DNA from: an uncultured bacterium
GTDB lineage: Bacteria > Fidelibacterota > UBA2242
Direction of reading: 5' to 3'
NCBI GenBank assembly: GCA_964605705.1
Contig: CAZSDW010000014.1
Coordinates: 7,130-71,129, forward strand
Length of the DNA stretch: 64,000 nt
Shown here in pieces: positions 50,018 to 58,513 of the stretch. Both the position numbers and the translations under genes were made by a program. A model generated the notes under the pieces. It had not been told where the DNA came from and did not search any database. It worked only from the letters and a program-made list of their open reading frames with translations. Position 1 is the first letter of the stretch. Each line of letters starts with the position of its first letter.

Positions 50018-51208
50018 TTAATGAATCAGTAATGAGCCGGTTGTGATGAAATGATAAATACGGAACAGTGCGATAGATACGGATCCGCCGGACAGAATTC
50101 CGCCGAAGAGAATTCCCATAAAACTGAATAGCGTTGATGGCGCAATCAATTCTTTCAGAATGGTAACGACTTTTGAATTGGAATTCTTGGCGAAAATTGG
50201 TTTTCCCAACAGCTGAAAATCAATCGCATACGTCGGGCATTTTTCGATACATTTGCCGCATTTGGCGCAGGTCATAGCGACGTAGCCTTTTTCCAGGGAT
50301 TCCCGGTTGATCGCCATAAATGGGCAAACCTCGATACATTTACTGCAATTGAGGCATTTTTCTTTATCAATTTTAATCTGGAAGGGATTGAACTTGCCCA
50401 GCAATGACTGAAATGCACCCAACGGGCAGAAGAAGGCGCAGTGGGTTCGTTTTTTCGTCAGAACCGGCAATATAAACAGCAATGCCATGCCCAGGGTAAT
50501 GAAAATAATTGCCTGGAGATAGGTTTTGAAATCGGTGATTTCCACATATTCTGTAACCAGTTTCAACGGGCAGAGCCATTGACAGTAAACCGGGCTCATA
50601 GCGAGAAATGACCAGATGATAATGACGGTCAGAATAACAAAGGGCACATAGCGGAGCCAGTGTTTGATTCTCCTGGTAGGGATGATTTTCCGCTTACCGA
50701 TGCTGGAAAAACCTTCATCAATGCCGCCGTAGAAGCAGCCCCAGCTGCACCAGCCGTGCCCCAGGGTAATCAGCGAGACCAGCCACAGGAGAAATATCTG
50801 GTAAAATCCGCCATATGTGCCGCCAATTAATTTCGCCGGAAAAATGATCGTGTTTCGAAAAAGCGCCGGCAGGATCAGCATCGGAATGGCGACCGGGCAG
50901 AGCGGTGTTTCATTATTTTCAATCACTTCACGGGTCAATGCCATGGTGCCGCGGGTTTCCAGCAAGTGAGTGATGAATGTCAGAATAAAGGCGAATGCAA
51001 AAATCGTGAAGAAAATGGACCGATATTTAGAAATCTTACCGGTTCGCAGAATCATAAATAGAATAAATGTCAGAAATAGAGTCCAGATTATTCGAAAGAT
51101 AAAAATCTCAAGATGTTCCACGTTTTGCGGATTACCGATGATGAATGTGCTTAACAGGAAAAACATGAGCAGGGAAACGATGGTTGATGTGAACAATGAT
51201 TTTTTCAA
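50018..51208 (-). CDS. Membrane polyferredoxin / 4Fe-4S binding protein (NapH/YccM-like)
   Basis: Multiple TM helices; CSWGC, CQWLCP, CAFFCPLG; two CxxCxxCxxxCP clusters. Confidence 0.85.
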   Translation of the reverse strand: MKKSLFTSTIVSLLMFFLLSTFIIGNPQNVEHLEIFIFRIIWTLFLTFILFMILRTGKISKYRSIFFTIFAFAFILTFITHLLETRGTMALTREVIENNETPLCPVAIPMLILPALFRNTIIFPAKLIGGTYGGFYQIFLLWLVSLITLGHGWCSWGCFYGGIDEGFSSIGKRKIIPTRRIKHWLRYVPFVILTVIIIWSFLAMSPVYCQWLCPLKLVTEYVEITDFKTYLQAIIFITLGMALLFILPVLTKKRTHCAFFCPLGAFQSLLGKFNPFQIKIDKEKCLNCSKCIEVCPFMAINRESLEKGYVAMTCAKCGKCIEKCPTYAIDFQLLGKPIFAKNSNSKVVTILKELIAPSTLFSFMGILFGGILSGGSVSIALFRIYHFITTGSLLIH

Positions 51209-51285
51209 TTTTTGCTCTCTTTTCGGTTTCGTATTTCAAATCTCACAGGAATGTTAATCAGGCTGAAAACCGATTAAAAGTGTAA

Positions 51286-51362
51286 TGGTACCAATGGCAA
51301 AATTATGTGATGAATGGCAGTCCGGCGTGGGACGAATTGCAGGATTATGGGATGAAGTGCAA
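51286..51362 (-). promoter_or_regulatory. Four phased imperfect direct repeats; candidate LytTR operator
   Basis: Plus-strand TGGTACCAATGGCAA (51286), TGTGATGAATGGCAG (51306), TGGGACGAATTGCAG (51328), TGGGATGAAGTGCAA (51348); periods 20, 22, 20 bp. Confidence 0.7.
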
Positions 51363-51401
51363 GGTAATGCGGTTCCGGAGCAAGAAATCCGGAACAAGGT
51401 A

Positions 51402-51434
51402 AAACTTCCGAAGGTTCAAAACCTTCGGAAGGTC
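51402..51434. repeat. REP-like palindromic doublet, copy 3
   Basis: AAACTTCCGAAGGTT-CAA-AACCTTCGGAAGGTC. Confidence 0.8.
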
Positions 51435-51451
51435 TATCTCAATAATTGATG

Positions 51452-52321
51452 TCAGCGCTTGATAAATCTGCTGCGGAAGAGTTTTGTATATGTTCTGGAA
51501 ACGGGAACAACACAGTCCGTATTTTCCAGATGAAGCGTATAGCCGAGCGAATCACCACTGATTGATTTAACCTGATTGATGTTTACGATATATGATCTGT
51601 GGCAGCGTTGCAGATGATCGAAATTTCCGATTGACGATTCCAATTCTTTGAGAGTCGCGCGGATGAGTTTTATCTGGAGACTGTCATTAAAAAAATAGAA
51701 AAATTCCAGGTAATTCCGCCGGGATTGGATATATAGAACTTGGTTGGATTCTACCTCGATATAGTCGCCTTCGGAGTGCCCGGTGAATTTCAGGATTTGA
51801 GCGCTGACCGGTTTTGATAGTGCGCCGCCTTCGGAAATTACCGAATTGATCGTGGCGGCGTCTTTCAAATTTTGTTTCAGGATTTGGTTGTACTTGATCA
51901 GAATCAGCAGGAAAACCGGAAATGTAGCCACGATTAATGTGTAAAATATAAACACGATAATCGAAACAAGATCAATTCTGATAAATCCGCAGACCGACAA
52001 GTAAACAGTATTGATTATGGCGATAATAAGGATGTTATAAAGAATGAATAGAATTTCCTTGTACACCTTCCATTGTTCTTCAGAAAAAATATCAGGAAAC
52101 ATTACCGGCAATAATCTTGTATTGGCGATGACAATGCAGAAGGTAATAAAACCGAATCCGAATTCGATAAGATATCTCCTGCCTGGCGGAATCGAATGCA
52201 GCCCGAAAGGATGAAAAATCGCCAGGATCAGAAAGATCATTCCGCCCATCAAAATGCCGCTGTGGCGAAATTGATTGAAGGGAAACGGTTTTCTGAGAAC
52301 TATGAAAATGTTGTTAATCAT
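51452..52321 (-). CDS. Membrane-bound LytTR-family transcriptional regulator (4 TM helices + LytTR domain, no receiver domain)
   Basis: Four hydrophobic helices, then VLYIQSRRNY, TLKELE, RCHRSYIVN, VPVSRTY. Confidence 0.88.
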   Translation of the reverse strand: MINNIFIVLRKPFPFNQFRHSGILMGGMIFLILAIFHPFGLHSIPPGRRYLIEFGFGFITFCIVIANTRLLPVMFPDIFSEEQWKVYKEILFILYNILIIAIINTVYLSVCGFIRIDLVSIIVFIFYTLIVATFPVFLLILIKYNQILKQNLKDAATINSVISEGGALSKPVSAQILKFTGHSEGDYIEVESNQVLYIQSRRNYLEFFYFFNDSLQIKLIRATLKELESSIGNFDHLQRCHRSYIVNINQVKSISGDSLGYTLHLENTDCVVPVSRTYTKLFRSRFIKR

Positions 52322-52402
52322 TAATTAAAATTTAAAGGCAGTGTGTCGGTTCACAAGAAGAAATTGATTTTATTGCATTAGAATTCCGAGATTTATTTAT
52401 CA

Positions 52403-52457
52403 AACCTTCGGAAGGTAAGATTTGTCCCGCCAATGGCGAGAAACCTTCGGAAGGTTT
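52403..52457. repeat. REP-like element, copy 4 (two units separated by a 24-nt spacer with a small GC hairpin)
   Basis: AACCTTCGGAAGGT (52403) ... CGCCAATGGCG ... AAACCTTCGGAAGGTTT (52441). Confidence 0.75.
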
Positions 52458-52462
52458 ATCAT

Positions 52463-52774
52463 TTAACCAAATTTTACCGCAGTTCCATAGACCAGAATTT
52501 CCGCAGCGCCCTGCTTGACTGCACTGGAAGCATAACGGATATTGATAACCGCGTCGGCGCCCAGGGTTTCGGCTTCCTCCACCATCCGTTTCGTCGCATT
52601 GGCGCGGGCTTCATTAATCATTTCAGAATAGGCAACCAGTTCGCCCCCCACAAGACCTTTCAGAAATGCCATGATGTCTTTACCGACATGCTTGGACTGA
52701 ATAAAAGAACCCTTGACGATCCCCAGCGTTTCCAGTTTATTACCGGAAATAAAATCAGTATTTACTAAGATCAT
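52463..52774 (-). CDS. YbjQ/UPF0145 family protein
   Basis: MILVNTD..G...LGIVKG, GKDI...KGLVGGEL..Y, LGADAVINIR, EILVYGTAV. Confidence 0.9.
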   Translation of the reverse strand: MILVNTDFISGNKLETLGIVKGSFIQSKHVGKDIMAFLKGLVGGELVAYSEMINEARANATKRMVEEAETLGADAVINIRYASSAVKQGAAEILVYGTAVKFG

Positions 52775-52985
52775 TTTCATCCTCGCTTTTGATTTCTTTG
52801 ACACGTTGTATAAATACGGCAATCAGTGCTGCTACCAGTGCAATTACAATGATAAGAATCAGAATGTTGAGAACTACCGGCAGGTTCATCTGTTTGATAA
52901 TAAAGAGATACAGGAAGGCGTATCCAATGACGATAATGGATGCCAGAATGACTATAATAAGCGGAGCAATAATTTTCTTAATCAT
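52755..52985 (-). CDS. Small two-TM membrane protein coupled to ybjQ
   Basis: Two hydrophobic helices and tail 'QRVKEIKSEDENDLSKY'; overlaps the ybjQ start. Confidence 0.7.
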   Translation of the reverse strand: MIKKIIAPLIIVILASIIVIGYAFLYLFIIKQMNLPVVLNILILIIVIALVAALIAVFIQRVKEIKSEDENDLSKY

Positions 52986-53029
52986 GCTGTAATATTAATC
53001 AAGTTTCGGAAAAATGTCAGGGATAAATT

Positions 53030-53821
53030 TTATACCAGGTTAAGCTGCAAAACAGTCACGGCTTCCCCGCTCAACAGGACCCTGTCTCCGGCAAGTTCGA
53101 CCTGTATTACGCCACCGCGGCTCGATGCCTGATAGGCAGTCATCTTTGATCTTTTCAATTTCTTACCCCAATAGGGACCGAGAGTGCAATGCGCAGAACC
53201 GGTGACGGGATCTTCATTAATGCCGACCCTGGGGGCGAAAAATCGCGATACGAAATCAAAGTTGGAATTTGCGGCTCGACTGGTGACGATAATACCCCGC
53301 GCGTCGATATTTTTCATCAAGGTGAAATCCGGCTGAAGTGTTTTGATTTTTTTATCGGAATCGACTTCAACCAACAGATCGAAGTCATTTTTTGCGATAG
53401 CGATAACAGGAATATTTTCAAGGACATCACCCAGAAGCTCCGGCACGTCACAGGGAAATGCCGGAGTTGCCGGGAAATTCATTTCCAGGAATTTGCCTTT
53501 GAAGATCACTGTCAACAGACCACTCCGGGTAAAAAATCGGGCGGTCTCATGGGATTTCAAAATTCCTGTTTCAAATAAAATGTGAGCCGTTGCCAGGGTG
53601 GCATGCCCGCAGAGTTCGACTTCAGTCGTTGGAGTAAACCAGCGCAGCTGAAAGCCATTATCCTCTGGATAGACGAACGCCGTTTCGGACAGGTTCATTT
53701 CCATGGCGATATTCTGCATCCAGTTTTCCGGAGCCGCCTTGTCAAGAATGCAGACACCCGCGGGATTGCCCTTAAAGGATTCCCTTGTAAAGGAATCCAC
53801 CTGATAAAGTTGAATATTCAA
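53030..53821 (-). CDS. PhzF family isomerase/epimerase
   Basis: QVDSF...GNPAGV, EMNLSETAF, LRWFTP..EVELCGHATLA, EDPVTGSAHC. Confidence 0.92.
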   Translation of the reverse strand: MNIQLYQVDSFTRESFKGNPAGVCILDKAAPENWMQNIAMEMNLSETAFVYPEDNGFQLRWFTPTTEVELCGHATLATAHILFETGILKSHETARFFTRSGLLTVIFKGKFLEMNFPATPAFPCDVPELLGDVLENIPVIAIAKNDFDLLVEVDSDKKIKTLQPDFTLMKNIDARGIIVTSRAANSNFDFVSRFFAPRVGINEDPVTGSAHCTLGPYWGKKLKRSKMTAYQASSRGGVIQVELAGDRVLLSGEAVTVLQLNLV

Positions 53822-53867
53822 AGAAAAATTATATTCTTCGAAATATTTTGTGGATTGATCAAATGCA

Positions 53868-55472
53868 CTACTTTACCAGAATCATTTTTCTGACCCGGTT
53901 GAAATCCCCGGCGATAAACTGATAGAAATAAATGCCGGATGGTATATCGCCTGCATCGAGATTCAATGTATAATCCCCGGCTGGTTGCTGTTCATTAACT
54001 AATGTCTTGATCTCATGCCCCATCAGATCCAGCAGCGTCAGTTCGACCAGACCAGGTTGTGGAATGGTGTAATGAATCCTTGTTGAAGCATTAAAGGGAT
54101 TGGGATAATTTTGGGATAGCCGGTACGTTTCCGGCTGCCCGAACTGTAATTCCTTAACGGAGTTCAATTTTCCCGAATACAGCACCAGATGATCCAGGAT
54201 GATGGTTCCCAGGGCGACATCACCCTCACTGGCGCTGATGGAAAATTCCATCTGAAAACCCTTTATCATGTCCAAATCCAGTTGATCGTTGCCTTCGATC
54301 CCATACCAGCCGAGTCGTTCGAATCCGTTTCCATTGGGATCATTTCTGACATCCGCAAGCGGCAGGGCGACTTTCGTCCAGCCGGGATTATCATCCAGAA
54401 TATAGTGAAAAGAATACCAGTATTCGGTTTGACCGACGTCGTAAGTTTTGTTCCCATCGGGCGAATCGCTGACGTCGCAGAGATTAAAGCGCAGATGGAC
54501 AGCGTCGGGTATATTGGATTTGTTCTCATTATAATACCAAAACGCCAGTGTATCATATAAGGAAAAATCATACACGCCGAGCGAGTCGGGATGGAGATGC
54601 AGCAAATAAGCGCCGCCGCCCCAATCCTGATCATGGGTGACGCCCCAGTCAACACGCATAGCAGCGGTTCCATATATGAACGGATCAGTGACGTAGCTGA
54701 CAACTGCCTGAGTTTCATAATTGATATGGGTATCCACCTGGTCGCCCCAGTAGGGATTCTGGTCAAAACTGTTAAAAACCATAGTATCACCGCCGGCTGA
54801 TGTGAGTATTAAGTTATCCAGAATAATGGTACCCAATGCCACATCACCTTCACTGGCGCTGATGGAAAATTCCATCTGAAAACCCTTTATCATGTCCAAA
54901 TCCAGTTGATCGTTGCCTTCGATCCCATACCAGCCGAGTCGTTCGAATCCGTTTCCATTGGGATCATTTCTGACATCCGCAAGCGGCAGGGCGACTTTCG
55001 TCCAGCCGGGATTATCATCCAGAATATAGTGAAAAGAATACCAGTATTCGGTTTGACCGACGTCGTAAGTTTTGTTCCCATCGGGCGAATCGCTGACGTC
55101 GCAGAGATTAAAGCGCAGATGGACAGCGTCGGGTATATTGGATTTGTTCTCATTATAATACCAAAACGCCAGTGTATCATATAAGGAAAAATCATACACG
55201 CCGAGCGAGTCGGGATGGAGATGCAGCAGATAAGCACCACCGCCCCAATCCTGATCATGAGTGACGCCCCAGTCAATCCGCATGGCAGCGGTTCCATATA
55301 TGAACGGATCAGTGACATAACTGACAATTGCCTGGGTTTCATATTCTGAATACGTGTCCACCTGTCCCCCCCAATATGGATCGCTGTCAAAGCTGTTGAA
55401 AACCCACTGACTGAAGGCAAGGACTGGCGCGAACAGAAGCAAACCTGGAAAATAACTTCTCTTTTTCATCAT
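53868..55472 (-). CDS. Secreted protein with two tandem ~208-aa CBM-like domains and a C-terminal sorting domain
   Basis: Signal peptide; duplicated domain (WGGGA, YDFSLYDTLAFWYY, WTKVALPL, IILD) resembling galactose-binding-like CBM folds; 'QNYPNPFNAST...SGIYFY...RKMILVK'. Confidence 0.75.
   Translation of the reverse strand: MMKKRSYFPGLLLFAPVLAFSQWVFNSFDSDPYWGGQVDTYSEYETQAIVSYVTDPFIYGTAAMRIDWGVTHDQDWGGGAYLLHLHPDSLGVYDFSLYDTLAFWYYNENKSNIPDAVHLRFNLCDVSDSPDGNKTYDVGQTEYWYSFHYILDDNPGWTKVALPLADVRNDPNGNGFERLGWYGIEGNDQLDLDMIKGFQMEFSISASEGDVALGTIILDNLILTSAGGDTMVFNSFDQNPYWGDQVDTHINYETQAVVSYVTDPFIYGTAAMRVDWGVTHDQDWGGGAYLLHLHPDSLGVYDFSLYDTLAFWYYNENKSNIPDAVHLRFNLCDVSDSPDGNKTYDVGQTEYWYSFHYILDDNPGWTKVALPLADVRNDPNGNGFERLGWYGIEGNDQLDLDMIKGFQMEFSISASEGDVALGTIILDHLVLYSGKLNSVKELQFGQPETYRLSQNYPNPFNASTRIHYTIPQPGLVELTLLDLMGHEIKTLVNEQQPAGDYTLNLDAGDIPSGIYFYQFIAGDFNRVRKMILVK
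54190..55404. repeat. Intragenic tandem duplication, 624-bp period
   Basis: 54226-54604 reads identical to 54850-55228; the flanking parts differ mostly at synonymous sites. Confidence 0.9.
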
Positions 55473-55938
55473 ACCCTCTCTTGATATTTTAATGAGTGCC
55501 TTGTTAAAATTTATAGAATTTAATTGTCTTTATCTATAGTTGATTTTGTGTGCCTTTAATTAATACCCGATTTGACGATGTTGTTTATCCAGTTCAGCAA
55601 TGGCAGCTGCCGGATCAGGTGACTTTTCCCGTCATGGTAATTCTTACGCTGCCCATCGGGTTTCATGAAATTGATACTGCGGGCGGTACCGGCGGGATCG
55701 TTGAACGTTGCCGGTAACCATAGTGTTGAAGCTATTATTTGTGGCAATCGGGGCAATCATTGATTGAAATTAAAAGGCTTTTTTTCCGTTCACAGGGATA
55801 AATATCATTTAAAAAATGAAGATTATTTCCAATCCTTTTTTATATTATGAAGACATCGAATCTTTTTGGACAGTGTCGAAGTGACAAAATGAAATCCAAA
55901 CTATCAAAAACCAATAACCTGTAAATCAAAGGAAGAAA

Positions 55939-58044
55939 ATGATGAAAAAAGCATTATTGTTAGGATTAGTTGTGCTTATGATGATTTCATCCTGCACTCA
56001 GCAAATTGATGAAAACCCGTTTTTTACGGAGTGGAAAACTCCTTTCGGGGCTCCGCCGTTTGATAAGATTAAAAATGAACACTTCATGCCGGCATTTAAA
56101 GAGGGAATGCGTCAACAGAAAGCCGAAGTAAAGGCGATTATTTCAAATCCTGAACCGGCATCTTTTGAAAATACCATTGAAGCCCTGGATTACTCCGGAA
56201 AATTACTGACGACGGTGGCGAATGTGTTCTACGGATTGAACGGTGCCAATACCAATGATGAAATGCAGGTCATTGCTAAAGATGTAGCTCCGCTGTTATC
56301 AAAACACGGGGACGATATTGGCTTGAATGATACATTGTTTCAGAGAATTAAAGCGGTTTATGAACAGAAAGACAAACTTTCATTGACGGTAGAACAGGCG
56401 ACGCTGCTGGATAAATATTATAAGGATTTTGTCCGGGGTGGTGCGAATTTGCCGGAGGGGAAGAAAGCCCGCTTTCGTGAAATCAATGAAAAATTATCAG
56501 TACTGACTACCAAATTTGGTGAGAATGTCCTGAAAGAGGATAATAATTTCGAGCTGGTTATCGACAATGAAGAAAACCTGGCTGGATTACCGGAAAGTGT
56601 CATTGCATCAGGAGCAGAAGCAGCCAAAGAGAGAGGCTATGCAGGCAAATGGATCTATACCCTGCACAAACCCAGCTGGATCCCCTTTCTACAATATTCA
56701 ACCAAACGTGATTTGCGCGAAAAAATCTATATGGGCTATATCAATCGCGGCAATAATAATAACGAATATGACAATAAAAAAATCGCCGCAGAAATCATCG
56801 CTTTGCGGACAGAAAGGGCACAACTGCTGGGTTTCCCGACCCATGCCCATTATATTCTGGATGTCAATATGGCAAAAGAACCGGCAAAAGTGTATGAACT
56901 ACTGGATCAGTTATGGGCGCCTGCGTTGAAACGTGCGAAAGCCGAAGCCCGGGATATGCAGAAAATGATATACAATGAAGGCACTCACTTTCAGCTGGAA
57001 TCCTGGGATTGGTGGTATTATGCCGAGAAAGTGAAAAAGGAAAAGTATGATCTGGACGATGCAATGCTGCGTCCCTATTTTCAACTGGAAAATGTTCGCA
57101 AAGGAGCCTTCGATCTGGTGAGCCGGCTCTATGGGGTCACTTTTCATGAACGCAAGGACATTCCTGTTTATTTTGAGGATGTGAAAACCTTTGAGGTCCA
57201 GGATGCCGACGGAACGATTCTGGGAATCTTATACGCGGATTATCATCCCCGTGCCAGCAAACGAGGCGGTGCCTGGTGCGGAACCTACCGGGACGAAATG
57301 GTCAGGAATGGACAAAGAGTGATTCCACTGGTCAATAATGTGTATAATTTCTCAAAAGCTACCGGCGATACACCGGCATTACTGAGTCTTGATGAAGTGT
57401 TGACCCTGTTTCATGAATTGGGACACGGATTGCACAATCTCTTTAGTACGGTCAGTTATCCGTTACTGGCGGGAACGAATGTTGCCCGGGATTTTGTAGA
57501 ATTGCCGTCACAGTTCATGGAAAACTGGGCGCTGGAGCCGGAGGTTTTGAAAACTTATGCATTCCATTATCAGACCGGTGAGCCGATTCCCGATGAATTA
57601 ATAACAAAAATTAAAAATGCAAGCCTGTTCAATCAGGGTTTTGAAACTGTGGAATACCTGGCAGCCTCCTACCTGGATATGGACTGGCATACCCTGACGA
57701 CTTCCCGACCTATCGAAGATGTCCTGGAATTTGAGGACGAATCCCTTGGGCGAATTGGCTTGATCCCTGAGATAATCAGCCGCTATCGAACGCCCTATTT
57801 CAGGCATATCTTTACGAGTGGTTACTCAGCCGGTTATTACAGCTATATCTGGGCAGAAGTGCTGGATGCCGATGCTTTTGAAGCCTTCAAAGAGACCGGT
57901 TTGTTTAATCCTGAAACGGCAAAGTCCTTCCGGGATAATGTGCTTGCAAAAGGCGGTACGGAAGATCCTATGGTTTTATATAAACGATTCCGTGGCAAGG
58001 AGCCTAGCATTGAACCGTTATTGATAAAAAGAGGACTGAAATAA
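55939..58044 (+). CDS. M3 family metallopeptidase (peptidyl-dipeptidase Dcp-like), lipoprotein
   Basis: Lipobox ISSC; KRGGAW, LFHELGHGLH, DFVELPSQ, GYSAGYYSYIWAEVLDADAF. Confidence 0.92.
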   Translation: MMKKALLLGLVVLMMISSCTQQIDENPFFTEWKTPFGAPPFDKIKNEHFMPAFKEGMRQQKAEVKAIISNPEPASFENTIEALDYSGKLLTTVANVFYGLNGANTNDEMQVIAKDVAPLLSKHGDDIGLNDTLFQRIKAVYEQKDKLSLTVEQATLLDKYYKDFVRGGANLPEGKKARFREINEKLSVLTTKFGENVLKEDNNFELVIDNEENLAGLPESVIASGAEAAKERGYAGKWIYTLHKPSWIPFLQYSTKRDLREKIYMGYINRGNNNNEYDNKKIAAEIIALRTERAQLLGFPTHAHYILDVNMAKEPAKVYELLDQLWAPALKRAKAEARDMQKMIYNEGTHFQLESWDWWYYAEKVKKEKYDLDDAMLRPYFQLENVRKGAFDLVSRLYGVTFHERKDIPVYFEDVKTFEVQDADGTILGILYADYHPRASKRGGAWCGTYRDEMVRNGQRVIPLVNNVYNFSKATGDTPALLSLDEVLTLFHELGHGLHNLFSTVSYPLLAGTNVARDFVELPSQFMENWALEPEVLKTYAFHYQTGEPIPDELITKIKNASLFNQGFETVEYLAASYLDMDWHTLTTSRPIEDVLEFEDESLGRIGLIPEIISRYRTPYFRHIFTSGYSAGYYSYIWAEVLDADAFEAFKETGLFNPETAKSFRDNVLAKGGTEDPMVLYKRFRGKEPSIEPLLIKRGLK

Positions 58045-58066
58045 ACTAATCATCAGCTGCTTGAAT

Positions 58067-58102
58067 ATATGGGAGTGTGGATTGGCACACTCCCGTATTT
58101 TT
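58067..58102 (+). terminator. Rho-independent terminator
   Basis: ATATGGGAGTGTG-GATTGG-CACACTCCCGTAT-TTTT. Confidence 0.8.
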
Positions 58103-58126
58103 ATTAAGGAAAAAGTTAGAAAACAC

Positions 58127-58155
58127 TTGATTTTAATATTGCAACATTTTAATAT
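58127..58155 (+). promoter_or_regulatory. Sigma70-like promoter of the ArsR-sqr operon with overlapping AT-rich repeat
   Basis: TTGATT-17 nt-TAATAT; ATTTTAATAT occurs at 58130 and 58146. Confidence 0.45.
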
Positions 58156-58171
58156 ATGCTAAAATATAGGA

Positions 58172-58504
58172 TTGAACATGAATGAAACTTTAGAACAAAT
58201 CAAACAACGATTCAAAAACAATGAAACCGTGTGCCAAAAGGTGGTTGATATCTTCGCTCTGATTTCCAACAAGACCCGGTTCCGGATTTTGTGTTTATTG
58301 ACGGAAGGCGATTTTTGTGTAGGTGACATTGTGGATACGATTCAGATCAGTAATTTTTCCAATATTTCACAGCAGTTACGGTTACTGAGTATGGCTAATA
58401 TTGTTAAAAGTGAACGCGATGGTAAACGAATCATCTACAAACTGGTTGATGACAGAGTAAGAAACATGATTTTTTACCTGCATGATAAATTTCTGAACGA
58501 TTAA
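58172..58504 (+). CDS. ArsR/SmtB family transcriptional regulator
   Basis: TRFRILCLL, SNISQQLRLL, VKSERDGKRIIYKL; real start may be the ATG at 58178. Confidence 0.88.
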   Translation: MNMNETLEQIKQRFKNNETVCQKVVDIFALISNKTRFRILCLLTEGDFCVGDIVDTIQISNFSNISQQLRLLSMANIVKSERDGKRIIYKLVDDRVRNMIFYLHDKFLND

Positions 58505-58513
58505 GGAGAATTG

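Noticed and set aside
46991-52457. Palindromic repeats as a CRISPR array or integron attC sites
   Set aside because: Copies are dispersed 1-2 kb apart with no regular spacers and no cas genes. At 33 bp they are too short for attC, flanking genes are not uniformly oriented, and there is no integron integrase.
54266-55420. Two near-identical 174/176-aa alternative-frame ORFs
   Set aside because: By-products of the DNA duplication inside the 53868-55472 gene.
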